From a virus: a DNA stretch of 64,000 bases. The DNA lies in the IMG/VR virus record IMGVR_UViG_3300048577_000342. The stretch is one strand, 5' to 3'. The notes beneath the pieces are model-generated. The model was given only the letters and a program-made list of their open reading frames with translations, searched no databases and had not been told where the DNA came from. Below, in pieces: positions 36,576-45,970 of this stretch; the first letter of the stretch is position 1; every line of letters starts with the position of its first letter. Both the position numbers and the translations under genes were made by a program.

Positions 36576-36992
36576 TCATCTCGGCTTTTCCTTGTGTCCT
36601 GGCCAGTCCGGCATGCGCGTCACCTCCCGGCTGCCGCAGGCGGAGCAGGCCGGCTGTCGGCCGGCCGTCGGGAAGGGCTCATCGTCGCCCGCCTTCAGCT
36701 GCGCCCAGCTCAGCACCGCGTGACGGCCGCAGCCGACGCACCAGAGCCTGACGCCAGCGACGCCCTGGGCCTTGAGCATGGCCACGGTCGGTGGGCCGAC
36801 ATGCGCCGCCGCCGACGAGCGGACGATGCGGGCACCATGGCGAAGCGTCACGGAACGGCCGGGCCGCTCGTTCACGGCGGCCTCGTAGGCGGCGATGCCG
36901 ACGACGGCATTGCCGGCCACTGCCAGCGTCTCGGTGACCTTGTCGCCCTCCCAGACCTCCACCCTGAAGGGGTGTTCCACCTTTCCGCCCAT
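36576..36992 (-). CDS. Hypothetical protein with a C-terminal Zn ribbon
   Basis: CVGC...CSAC; start moved to 36992. Confidence 0.6.
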   Translation of the reverse strand: MGGKVEHPFRVEVWEGDKVTETLAVAGNAVVGIAAYEAAVNERPGRSVTLRHGARIVRSSAAAHVGPPTVAMLKAQGVAGVRLWCVGCGRHAVLSWAQLKAGDDEPFPTAGRQPACSACGSREVTRMPDWPGHKEKPR

Positions 36993-37148
36993 ATCGCTGC
37001 CCGTTCCCTCGTGACCGGGCAGGCGGGGCGGCGGCGCGCAAGCGCCACCCACTGCGGGACAAGCCGGCAAGCCACCCCCGCATCGCCTGACCACGTTCCG
37101 TGAAAGCGACCCGCCGCACGCACCGGTGCGCAGCGGGGACGCTACTCT

Positions 37149-37163
37149 GTTCGCGGAATGTTC
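37149..37163. promoter_or_regulatory. Alphaproteobacterial LexA box
   Basis: GTTC-GCGGAAT-GTTC (GTTC-N7-GTTC) just upstream of the methylase start. Confidence 0.7.
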
Positions 37164-37166
37164 TCA

Positions 37167-38021
37167 ATGGTCCCTGTGAATGACGGTTCCCGCCGGGTGC
37201 GGCCGGTCCATCCCGCCGCGGCCTATATCGGCGGCAAGAAGCAGCTGGCGCGGCGCCTCGTCGCCATGATCGCGGCGGTGCCGCACGAGACCTATGCCGA
37301 GCCCTTCATCGGCATGGGTGGCGTGTTCCTGCGCCGCGAGCGCGCGCCGAAATGCGAGGTCATCAACGACATCTCGGGCGATGTCGCGACCTTCTACCGG
37401 ATCCTGCAGCGGCACTATGAGCCGTTCATGGACATGCTGCGCTGGCGCGTCACCGGCCGGGGGGAGTTCGAGCGGCTGATGGCCACCGACCCGGCGACGC
37501 TGACCGACCTCGAGCGCGCCGCCCGCTTCCTCTATCTCCAGCGCACCGCCTATGGCGGCAAGGTCGCCGGCCGGAACTTCGGCGTCTCGCCCGGCACGCC
37601 CGGCCGCTTCGACGTCGGCCGCCTGGCGCCGATCCTCGACGAACTGCACGACCGCCTCGCCGGCGTCGTCATCGAGCGGCTGCCCTATGCCGAGCTGATC
37701 CAGCGCTACGATTCCCCCGGTACGCTCTTCTACCTGGACCCGCCCTACTGGGGCAGCGAGACGGACTATGGCGCCGGCGTCTTCGGCCGCGAGGACTTCG
37801 CGCGCCTCGCCGCCCAACTCTCCGGAATCTCCGGACGGTTCATCCTCTCGGTCAACGACGTGCCCGGCACCCGCGACGCCTTCGCCGCCTTCGACATCGA
37901 GGGCGTGGACCTGACCTACACGATCGCCGGCGGAGAGGGGACCTCGGCGAAAGAGATCATCGTCACGTCGAAGGGGCTTCCGCGAGAGGCGACGACGATG
38001 GGGCTGTTCGATGCGCGCTAG
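37167..38021 (+). CDS. Dam/D12-class N6-adenine DNA methyltransferase
   Basis: YIGGK, EPFIGMG, INDI, LFYLDPPY. Confidence 0.92.
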   Translation: MVPVNDGSRRVRPVHPAAAYIGGKKQLARRLVAMIAAVPHETYAEPFIGMGGVFLRRERAPKCEVINDISGDVATFYRILQRHYEPFMDMLRWRVTGRGEFERLMATDPATLTDLERAARFLYLQRTAYGGKVAGRNFGVSPGTPGRFDVGRLAPILDELHDRLAGVVIERLPYAELIQRYDSPGTLFYLDPPYWGSETDYGAGVFGREDFARLAAQLSGISGRFILSVNDVPGTRDAFAAFDIEGVDLTYTIAGGEGTSAKEIIVTSKGLPREATTMGLFDAR

Positions 38022-39085
38022 ACGCTGAGGGGCGGGATGGGTCGAACCGAAAACTGGAACTCGGGTCTCATCAGGCGAAACTCTGCGCTCGCTTCGGTTC
38101 GTCCAATAAAGAGCTGTCTGCCGCGAAATCTGATGAAGAGGCTTGCTGGGGCGTCGGCGTGTCGCCCCCACCCTGAGATCGTCGAAAAATTGAGCGGCGA
38201 TACTGCTGTAGTCCAAGTCTGGAGGAGTTCTGTCAGCTCGACGGCCCGAGAGCGGGCTCGGGTGATCGCTCTTACCGCGGCGTTGCGCTCGGTCGGAGCC
38301 ATGCTTTCGATGTCATTGCAACGGAGAAGGGCGCGTCCAAGGGCCCTTGAAGCGGCTTCCATCCGATCGTGGAGGGGTGGGAGGGAGGCGTCGAAAAACG
38401 GTAAGCCGGAAAGTGGTCCATATGACGAGCGGATCGACTGCTGTCGGACGGTCACGTTTCCCTGGCGATCCTGCACTGCGACATCTTCGATGCGCTCCAA
38501 CGGCAGCGACCCATCTCGAGCGAGTTGATGCAGCGGGACATTGAGCTTCTGCAGGCTATCGAGGATCCAACTCCTCGCTTCATCGTAGGCCTGCGAGATC
38601 GGGACGTTGTTGATGATGGCGGAATGCGCCTCGCGAACGCGGGTCAAGTTGTCAAGCAGGAACTCTCTGTCAGCCTCGATCCGACGAACCAGATCATATG
38701 CGGCCTTTGCAGCGTTGTGGCCATCAGGGTTCAATGTTCGGTAACACTGCGGACCGACGGCCCGAAGGACCTTCTCATCGGGAAACCATGCCAGCAGTCC
38801 CGTGGCGAACTTCGCCGTGGTCGGGGTGCAGCAGGGGCAAGGGGTGCACCGCGTCTCGCCGTTCGCTGCTCGAGGCAATTGGAAATCGGTGATGTAGGCA
38901 ATGGGCGCACCTAGCGGCGGCTTGGTGTGGGTATGTAAGCGCCAGAGGTAGGGCTCTTTCCCATCCCTTACCCATTCTCTGAACTCTAGCACCTCCGGAG
39001 ACTGTCGCTCCGGCTTGTCGGGGAAGTGTGGTTTGACCGTGAAAGAAGAGGGCGGAACAAATACAGTCTCACCTTTGAACGCCAT
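38018..39085 (-). CDS. Hypothetical protein with a CPCC...GPQC Zn-like module
   Basis: 355-aa ORF, lower GC. Confidence 0.7.
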   Translation of the reverse strand: MAFKGETVFVPPSSFTVKPHFPDKPERQSPEVLEFREWVRDGKEPYLWRLHTHTKPPLGAPIAYITDFQLPRAANGETRCTPCPCCTPTTAKFATGLLAWFPDEKVLRAVGPQCYRTLNPDGHNAAKAAYDLVRRIEADREFLLDNLTRVREAHSAIINNVPISQAYDEARSWILDSLQKLNVPLHQLARDGSLPLERIEDVAVQDRQGNVTVRQQSIRSSYGPLSGLPFFDASLPPLHDRMEAASRALGRALLRCNDIESMAPTERNAAVRAITRARSRAVELTELLQTWTTAVSPLNFSTISGWGRHADAPASLFIRFRGRQLFIGRTEASAEFRLMRPEFQFSVRPIPPLSV

Positions 39086-39210
39086 CGAGTCATCCGGTTG
39101 TGGTTGCGCGACAGCCTACTATACCACACGTTATGGATGCCGAACTCCGCAGGTGCACGCTGGATGGGGATAATGGGCCTAGCACAGGCTCGGAATTTCG
39201 GAGGACGTGA

Positions 39211-39723
39211 TTGATGCATGGCCCTGCTGGTGGAAGAGGCAAGTGGTCCAGAGCAGGGGTCCCTCGTACCGGCTGGACCTGCGTCGGCATCCAGGACCTC
39301 GAGAGCGATCGCGAGATCTGCGAAATGTGCGAGGCGCAGGAGATCCGCTTCGTCCACACCATGACGCACCCGGACTATCCTGGCGCGCTCGATTGCGGTT
39401 GCGACTGTGCCGGTCACATGGAAGGCGACCTCGAGGGAGCCAAGGACCGTGACCGCGCGATGAAAAACGCTGCGGGTCGGCGCCAGCGCTGGCCCGGCCG
39501 AACGGGCTGGCGCTTCTCCCGAAGGGGAAACCTGTACATCAGGCACGCCGGATACTTGATTACTGTCTTCGAAAAAAGCGGGCAGTGGTCGGCCTCGCTG
39601 TCGAGGGGAGACGATCCCCCTATTTTTGCACAGAGGCTCTATCCCTCGCAGTATGCAGCGCAACTTGCGACCTTTGATGCGCTTATCTTTTTCCAAACTC
39701 GTGAAGCGAAGGTGAGACCCTAG
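39211..39723 (+). CDS. Hypothetical protein with a CEMC...GCDC Zn-like module
   Basis: 170-aa ORF, divergent from 38018-39085. Confidence 0.7.
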   Translation: MMHGPAGGRGKWSRAGVPRTGWTCVGIQDLESDREICEMCEAQEIRFVHTMTHPDYPGALDCGCDCAGHMEGDLEGAKDRDRAMKNAAGRRQRWPGRTGWRFSRRGNLYIRHAGYLITVFEKSGQWSASLSRGDDPPIFAQRLYPSQYAAQLATFDALIFFQTREAKVRP

Positions 39724-39780
39724 CTGCGAACATGAAGACGGTTCGGTTCCCGTTCCGGAATTGAGCCTGGTCGATCCTAC

Positions 39781-39964
39781 GGTGCGGCGGCTTTTCAAAA
39801 AGCCCCAACGATCTCAATGAGGGTCAGTCCGCCCCACCTTCGCGATAAGTGCTTGGAAATGCGTGTTTCTAGCCTCCCGTCCCCGGGCACCATCACTTTT
39901 TCAAGGGATTGAACATCAAGGCTTATTCGCCTTCGGCGCCGCACCTTTCGGTGAGGTGCGGCGG
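39781..39964. other. attP-like site: tRNA 3'-end core (39875-39892) with four arm-type repeats
   Basis: TCCCGTCCCCGGGCACCA core with no tRNA 5' part; CGCC(G/C)CACC at 39781 (rev), 39830, 39937 and 39955 (rev). Confidence 0.75.
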
Positions 39965-41013
39965 GTTTTGTTCTTTTTCTGGTCCGGCAGGAGCAGCTGG
40001 GCGGCGTCCATGGCGAGAATGTTGCGGCGGGCCTTGCGAACATAGGTGGCGCTCTCGCGGCTGCCCTCCTTCCACCCGAACAGGGCGTTGAGCTGGGCCT
40101 CCGTGGCGCCGTTCTCGGCCGCCCTCGATGCGCCGGCCTTGCGCAGGCCATGGGCCGATCCCGGCACGCCGGCATCCTTGCAGCACTTGCGGAACCAGTT
40201 GGTGAAGCTCTCCTTCGACCAGGGCTCGCCGCGCGACGTGACCAGGTAGTGCAGGTCGCCGGTCTTCGCCGCCTCGATCGACAGGGCGAGCGGCTCGAGA
40301 ATCGGCGCCGTCACCCACTCGCCGGTCTTCTCCGTCTTGATCGAGAAGATGCCGTTGCGGACATGCTGGCGACCGAGCTGGACGGCATCGCCGCGGCGGA
40401 GGCCGGTGTAGAGCAGCACGTCCAGGGCGAGGCGTTCACGCGTGCCGCGGGGCCACTTGGCCTCGTACTTCGCCACCTCCTCGTCGGTCCAGGTGTGGAA
40501 GCCCTCGCTGCGGCTGGCGATCATGGAGACGCTGGCGGCCGGGTTCGCCTTGACATATGCGCGGGTGGTCTCGTCCTGCATTCCCCAGGCGAAGAGCACC
40601 CGCAGGGTCTTCACCAGGCCGTTGGCCGCCTCTGGCCGGTCACGGCGTGCGTCGCGGCTCGCCTCGATCGACGCCCTGTTGAAGGCCGAGATCGGCTCGT
40701 CGCCGACCTTGTCGACGATGCCCTTCAGAAGGTTGTCACGGGCGCCGCGCGTCGATCGCTTAAGGCCGGCGTAGGCGCCGGAGACCTTGTAGCGCTCTAC
40801 CAGCCAGCGGAACGATCCTGCGCGGGCCTTGCCGGCCGGCCGCGCCGTGCCGTCGATCGCCTCGCGGTATTCCTGCCAGAAGGCCTCGGTGCCATAGGCG
40901 GCCCGCAGGCGGGTGCGCGGCCCGTCGCCGATGCGCACGTACCAGACGCGGGTGCCGTGGCGGTTCGTCTCGTGGCGCAGGTGGGGGAAGCGCGGCTTCG
41001 GCATGGCCGTCAT
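39916..41013 (-). CDS. int: Tyrosine integrase
   Basis: TGLRRGDA, HGLRKAGA, ATYVR; ends next to the att core. Confidence 0.95.
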   Translation of the reverse strand: MTAMPKPRFPHLRHETNRHGTRVWYVRIGDGPRTRLRAAYGTEAFWQEYREAIDGTARPAGKARAGSFRWLVERYKVSGAYAGLKRSTRGARDNLLKGIVDKVGDEPISAFNRASIEASRDARRDRPEAANGLVKTLRVLFAWGMQDETTRAYVKANPAASVSMIASRSEGFHTWTDEEVAKYEAKWPRGTRERLALDVLLYTGLRRGDAVQLGRQHVRNGIFSIKTEKTGEWVTAPILEPLALSIEAAKTGDLHYLVTSRGEPWSKESFTNWFRKCCKDAGVPGSAHGLRKAGASRAAENGATEAQLNALFGWKEGSRESATYVRKARRNILAMDAAQLLLPDQKKNKTRRTSPKGAAPKANKP

Positions 41014-41222
41014 CAGAACACGATGACCTTTTCTTCCGCAACGGGCTCCGGAGCGGGTGTCGGGTCGCCGGTCTCCGGCTCGGCCGGCGCCGCGGCAGGG
41101 GCGATCTGGATGCGGATCGTGCCGTCGGGCAGCACCTCGACCGCGTCCGCGCCGGTCTGCTTCGCCGCGCGGATGGCGCGGGCGACATCGGCCTGGGTAA
41201 CGCGGGCGGGTGTGCGGCTCAT
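41013..41222 (-). CDS. Probable excisionase/RDF
   Basis: Small protein (TQADVARAIRAA) coupled upstream of int. Confidence 0.55.
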   Translation of the reverse strand: MSRTPARVTQADVARAIRAAKQTGADAVEVLPDGTIRIQIAPAAAPAEPETGDPTPAPEPVAEEKVIVF

Positions 41223-42379
41223 GGCGCCTCCGGAAAGGCGTCGTGGATCCTACCGTCGAGAGTGCGGCCGGCGCGGGCCTTGCCGAGCTTGAAAAGCGTC
41301 ATGCCGCCCTTACCCTCGACGTCGAAGAATGCATCGAGGCCCTTCGCCCCTCCATAGCCAAGGTGCTCCACCGGAACCTTGCATGTGCGACCGTAGATCT
41401 CATCGAGCGCAAGCTGGTCTTCGCCTTCCTCGGCAACGCGATTCGAGCGATAGAGGGTGTCCGCCTCGCCGTCCGCGAGATTGCAGATCGGTGCCCATTC
41501 GCCCCACTGCTTGAAGTGGAACGCGACGCCGGGTGCAGCGCACTGGTCGCGGATAGACCGAATCCAGTCTGGATGTGTCGGCCGGGCGGCGGGGCCGCTC
41601 TCACCTCCGACGATGACCCAGTCGAGAGGACGTAAGTTCTCGAGGCCGGGCGAAAACCGACCCCGCTTCAGGAAGCCAATCCCGATAAGTATGGGATTCT
41701 GGAACAGCGCCCATCGCAAATCGATCGGCCCCAGCAGCGGCTCGGCCGAGACGAAGCGCACCGCCGCCGGTGTCGACAGCAGGGGCGGGATGCGCTCGTC
41801 GGCGCGGGCCTGATCCTCTGCCGTGACGCCGAGCCAGACGTTCTCCAGAGGGTGCGGGAGGCCGGGCAAGGTGTAGCGGCGAAGGCGCTCCTGCGCATTG
41901 CCGGCGTTCTTCGAGATGGTCGGCAACGTCAGGCTCTCGACGTGGAAGCGCGCGGCCGAGGCCCAATCTCTGGTGAGGTAGGCGCGCATGCGCTCCGGCC
42001 GCTTCGTCAGGATCTGGAAGGTGTGCTGCGGCGAGAGCGCCATGACCGCGAAGACCTCGTCGATCCACTCCTCCGGCATGTCGCCGTGGAAGAGGTCGGA
42101 CATGGAGTTGACGAAGATGCGGCGGGGCCGTTTCCAGCGCAGCGGCGCGGTGACGATGTGGTCCGGCGCCCTGACCAGATTGCCGGTCCAGACCGGCTTG
42201 CCGTTCACGACTTTCGTCGTGCCGAGATAGTGGGTCTTGCCGCCGCTCATTCGCTCGATGCGGGCCGCCATGGCCATGGCGTAGCAGTTGGTGCATGCCG
42301 GTGAGACGATGGAACAGCCGACGACCGGGTTCCAGGTCTCGTCGGTCCATGAAATGCCGGTGTCGCGCTGGTCAGCCAT
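41219..42379 (-). CDS. Gp37/Gp68 (DUF5131) family protein
   Basis: ISWTDETWNPVVGC...CTNCYA, FVNSMSDLFH, SAEPLLG, FHFKQWG; start moved to 42379. Confidence 0.88.
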   Translation of the reverse strand: MADQRDTGISWTDETWNPVVGCSIVSPACTNCYAMAMAARIERMSGGKTHYLGTTKVVNGKPVWTGNLVRAPDHIVTAPLRWKRPRRIFVNSMSDLFHGDMPEEWIDEVFAVMALSPQHTFQILTKRPERMRAYLTRDWASAARFHVESLTLPTISKNAGNAQERLRRYTLPGLPHPLENVWLGVTAEDQARADERIPPLLSTPAAVRFVSAEPLLGPIDLRWALFQNPILIGIGFLKRGRFSPGLENLRPLDWVIVGGESGPAARPTHPDWIRSIRDQCAAPGVAFHFKQWGEWAPICNLADGEADTLYRSNRVAEEGEDQLALDEIYGRTCKVPVEHLGYGGAKGLDAFFDVEGKGGMTLFKLGKARAGRTLDGRIHDAFPEAP

Positions 42380-42674
42380 GGGCGGCCTCCTCGTCGATGG
42401 CAACCATCCCGGCGTCGGTGATCGCATAGCCGGACCCGGCGAACTCGCCGTCTTCGGTGCAGAGGCCGCGGCCGAAGGTGGCGAGACCCTTCCGTGCGAG
42501 GTGGCGCACCGTGCGGCGGACGTCTTCCCGCGGCAGGGTGTGGCCGGCGGCCTTCGCGCGGCGGGTGATGCCGGCGAAGTTGAGAAACGCAAAGTCGGCG
42601 GCCTCGCTGTGTGCCGAGGCGAGAGCTGCCAGCGCGGCCCGGTGCTTGTCGGTCAGCTTGAGTTTGCCGGTCAT
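42372..42674 (-). CDS. Winged-helix-like phage protein
   Basis: VRRTVRHLARKGL...YAITDAG; start moved to 42674. Confidence 0.55.
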   Translation of the reverse strand: MTGKLKLTDKHRAALAALASAHSEAADFAFLNFAGITRRAKAAGHTLPREDVRRTVRHLARKGLATFGRGLCTEDGEFAGSGYAITDAGMVAIDEEAAHG

Positions 42675-43276
42675 CACGCGCTCCCGGCGACGGGCGCCAC
42701 GTCGAGCGCCGCGCCGTGCCATTCCACCGGCGGCAGCGGCCCCAGCTCGGTGAAGGCGACGGGCTCCAGCGACCACTCGACCTTCTTGTCCGGATGGGTG
42801 ACCGTCGTGACTGTGCCGCCGCCCGGCCCCGCCTCGCGCGTGACAACCGCCTCGCCCAGGAACAGGGTCTCGCATCGAACGCGGTAGATCGGCGAGTGCC
42901 GCTCGCTCCACAGGGCCTCGATGTCGATGACGATCTCGTCCCCCTCGAGCATGTCGTTGCCGACGATCCCGTCTGCGATCTCGGCCGGCCGGTCGCCCCA
43001 GGTCTCGCTGTGGGTGAAGTCGAAGAGAGTGCAGCCGTCCGGCGGGGCGGCGCCCTGCCAGGCAAAGGTCTTGTCGCGGCGGACGAGAAGCCGGAAGTCG
43101 CCGACCTTCCTCATCACGTCGAATTCGACAAGGTCGAAGTCCCCATAGGGCTTCACGTGGTGCATGGCGTCGGCATCGCCACTGATCTCGGGCAGCCACT
43201 CCTCCGGGCTGTTCCGGTACATCACGCCTTCGTCGGCGTAGGCGATGGGGCAGTAATGCGGCTCTCCGATTTTCAT
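42674..43276 (-). CDS. Phage hypothetical protein
   Basis: RBS GGAGAG; coupled overlap. Confidence 0.6.
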   Translation of the reverse strand: MKIGEPHYCPIAYADEGVMYRNSPEEWLPEISGDADAMHHVKPYGDFDLVEFDVMRKVGDFRLLVRRDKTFAWQGAAPPDGCTLFDFTHSETWGDRPAEIADGIVGNDMLEGDEIVIDIEALWSERHSPIYRVRCETLFLGEAVVTREAGPGGGTVTTVTHPDKKVEWSLEPVAFTELGPLPPVEWHGAALDVAPVAGSA

Positions 43277-43289
43277 GGGGCTCTCCTGT

Positions 43290-43418
43290 TCAGATCCAGC
43301 CGAGGAAGAGCGCGGCGAAGGCCGAGCCCCAGTAGATGAGGAAGGCGGCGAGGCCGGCCGCGAACCAAAGCCGGCCCCTGGGCGTCAGGCCGTGCCCCGG
43401 CGGCGGCCGGCCGGGCAT
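43290..43418 (-). CDS. 42-aa membrane peptide (not in ORF track)
   Basis: MPGRPPPGHGLTPRGRLWFAAGLAAFLIYWGSAFAALFLGWI; start overlaps the ParB stop. Confidence 0.55.
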   Translation of the reverse strand: MPGRPPPGHGLTPRGRLWFAAGLAAFLIYWGSAFAALFLGWI

Positions 43419-45595
43419 CACGCGGCTTCCTGTTCGTCGTCGGCATCGCCGTCATCCATGGCGTCACCGTCCGGCTGCGACGAAGCGGCGCCCTCGGCTT
43501 GCGCGGGCGACGCAAGCCTCAGGCCCTTCGGCAGCCATCCGGTGCCGCGGGCGCGGTCGGCGACCATGGTGACGAGGGCGGCCTTCTTCGCCCTGGCCGC
43601 CTGTTTCCCGGCCTCGTCGCCATCCATGGCGCGGACGGCCTCGACCAGAGCCTCCTTCGGCCAGTCGCCGAAGATCGCCTCGGCCTCGCCGGGGGCGGAG
43701 AGGATGAGTCGGGCATTGGTCTCGAAGGCCTGGGCCGGCAGAGTGGCGAGGAAGGCGGCGACGCCACCGGCGTCGACGTTCTTGGCGTTGCCGCCGCGGT
43801 TTTCGATCGTGTCGTGGCTGAGGTCGATGGCCGCCGCGGCGAGGGCCGCGACCAGCTCCAGCCGCCTCGGCCGCGACATGTCGGCGATCACGGAAGCGAG
43901 GCCGGCGAAGTCGGCGATGCGGCGGGTCTTGTCCCAGCGGTCCGCCTTGCCGCCCGGGCCGGCCACCAGCTCCGTCAGCATGTCGCTGGCCGGCCCGTCG
44001 TGAAGGCCGCGGGAGGCGACGATGAGCGGCACGCTGTTGCCGGAGGTGTGGAGGGCGTTGGCGCGCGCCACCCAGCTGGCGGCGAGCAGGGAGAGCGCGA
44101 GATCCGCGTCGGCCGCGATCGTCGCGGCGGCGGCCCGGTTGGCGACGAGGGAGAGCGACTGCAGCGCGGCGCGGGGCAGGCCGGGGGCTTCCGGTTCGGC
44201 TGGCGGCTGCGGCGTGTCGTCGCCCTCCCTGTCGTCCTCGGGCACACCCTCCGCGGTGTCGGCCTCGTGCGTCGCCAGCGCCGGCGGCACATAGCCGGCG
44301 TCGACCGTCAGGCTGCCCTGGCGCCAGTCGAGGATGACGGCGAGGCCGGCGCGCTCCTCCCGCGTCCAGCCGGCGCACTCGGCTGCCTGCCGGAGGCTTA
44401 CCAGTTCCGCATGCAGCGCGGCGCGCTGGTCGGCGAGGGAATCGGCGGCGGGCGCGGCCGGCTCTTCGTCGCCCTCGCACCAGTCGGCGACGTCATCCTC
44501 GGGCCCGTCCTCATAGATCTCGGCGTCGTCGTCGTCCGCGTCGTCATCTTCCGCGTCGTCATTCTGGGCGTCGGCCTCGCGGGCCTGCCGCGCCGCGTCG
44601 ATGGCAGCGATCTCATTGCGGATGATGTCGACCCGCTCCTCGGCCTCGGGCGACCAGACGGCCTCGCGCGGCTGTTGCTGCCATAACCAGAAGTTCTGCG
44701 CCTCCGGCGTGTTGCGCCAGAAGATGAAGCCCCAGCCGGCATCCCGGAAATCCCGCTCGACGGCCTCGCGCCGCTCCAGGGCGAGGCGCTGCAGAAGGGC
44801 CGGGTGCTCGATGTAGCGCTCGTCGGTGAAGAGGTCGCCGGTGAGCGTGCCGCCGGCGGCGAGATAGGTGTCGAGGCCGACGAAGCCGACCTTGTCGCTG
44901 CTCGCGGGAATGCGGTCCGCCAGCAGGGCGCGACGCACCTCATAGGGCGAGATCGCATAGACCCGGTTCGTGAGGCTCGCCAGAAGGGTGGACTGGACCT
45001 CGGCGTCCGGCTCGATGGCGAAGGCCTCCGCCGTCTCGCGGCTGATGCGGCCCTCCTTCCAGGCCTTGCGCACGGCAGGGCTGAGGTTGCCGAGCGCCAG
45101 CACCTGGCGCACCCGGCGAAGGCCGAGGCCGAAGCGCCGGGCGATGAACTCCACATTGCCCTCGGCGCCGCCGGGACGCGTCGCGGCGATGCGGGCGAAG
45201 GCCTCGAACTGGTCGACGGGGTGGTGAGGTGCTGCGAGGACGGCCGCCGTGGTGGAGGCCTCGAGGCCGGCGGCCTTCTCCTCCACCACCACGGGCAGAT
45301 GCTGCGCCTCGGTGATGATGCCCTGGCCGACGAGGCGGGTGAGGGCGGCGAGGCGCCGGCCGCCGTTGCAGACGAAGTAAAGCCGGGCACCGCCGCGGGG
45401 CTTCGGCCCCTCGACCACCACCAGCGGCTCGATGAGCGGGCTCTGGCCGGCCGCTATGCGGTCGGCAATGTTGGCGGCGAGCGCCGCGACATCGGCGGAG
45501 GCCGGATCGGTGGCGCGGATGTTCACCGGCGGTGAGACCTCATGGCCGGGGCGCAACTGGGCGAAGGGGAGAGTGGTCGGCGATGCGGCGGCCAT
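43418..45595 (-). CDS. Large ParB/RepB/Spo0J-family protein
   Basis: Homolog of 2566-4650. Confidence 0.8.
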   Translation of the reverse strand: MAAASPTTLPFAQLRPGHEVSPPVNIRATDPASADVAALAANIADRIAAGQSPLIEPLVVVEGPKPRGGARLYFVCNGGRRLAALTRLVGQGIITEAQHLPVVVEEKAAGLEASTTAAVLAAPHHPVDQFEAFARIAATRPGGAEGNVEFIARRFGLGLRRVRQVLALGNLSPAVRKAWKEGRISRETAEAFAIEPDAEVQSTLLASLTNRVYAISPYEVRRALLADRIPASSDKVGFVGLDTYLAAGGTLTGDLFTDERYIEHPALLQRLALERREAVERDFRDAGWGFIFWRNTPEAQNFWLWQQQPREAVWSPEAEERVDIIRNEIAAIDAARQAREADAQNDDAEDDDADDDDAEIYEDGPEDDVADWCEGDEEPAAPAADSLADQRAALHAELVSLRQAAECAGWTREERAGLAVILDWRQGSLTVDAGYVPPALATHEADTAEGVPEDDREGDDTPQPPAEPEAPGLPRAALQSLSLVANRAAAATIAADADLALSLLAASWVARANALHTSGNSVPLIVASRGLHDGPASDMLTELVAGPGGKADRWDKTRRIADFAGLASVIADMSRPRRLELVAALAAAAIDLSHDTIENRGGNAKNVDAGGVAAFLATLPAQAFETNARLILSAPGEAEAIFGDWPKEALVEAVRAMDGDEAGKQAARAKKAALVTMVADRARGTGWLPKGLRLASPAQAEGAASSQPDGDAMDDGDADDEQEAA

Positions 45596-45628
45596 GGCGA
45601 GGCTCCGGGGCAGCGAGGGGTTGAGGGA

Positions 45629-45970
45629 TCAGGTGGCGCGGGCGAGGCGCAGGAACTCTTCGGCGAGGTTCTCCTTCACCGCCTCGGCAAGCCGGCCGAG
45701 GATGCTGGCGACGTCGCCGGCGCCGTTGCGGGTCATGGCGTGGACGAGCTCGTCCAGGCTCGCGCCGTGCTGCAGGGCGAAGGAGAGCAGGATGGCGCCG
45801 TCGCGGAGGATCGCCTCCAGATCGGTGCCGACCTTCGGCGCGGTGACGAAGACCTCTCCGACACGGCCGTCGGGATAGAAGCCGGCGGTGACGGCATAGG
45901 TGTCGTTGCCGATGAAGAGGCTGATGGTGGAGGCCGGCCGGCGCTGGGGCAGGGGTTCGCGGGTCGTCAT
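45629..45970 (-). CDS. Stand-alone TSCPD-like domain
   Basis: Homolog of 4676-5017. Confidence 0.65.
   Translation of the reverse strand: MTTREPLPQRRPASTISLFIGNDTYAVTAGFYPDGRVGEVFVTAPKVGTDLEAILRDGAILLSFALQHGASLDELVHAMTRNGAGDVASILGRLAEAVKENLAEEFLRLARAT

Noticed and set aside
39741-39755. Second GTTC-N7-GTTC LexA-like site
   Set aside because: Lies after a stop codon with no suitable downstream gene and a GC-rich spacer; about one chance hit is expected in this window
39875-39892. Possible tRNA gene
   Set aside because: Only the 3' 18 nt are present, with no D-arm, anticodon arm or TTCG loop upstream; treated as an att core
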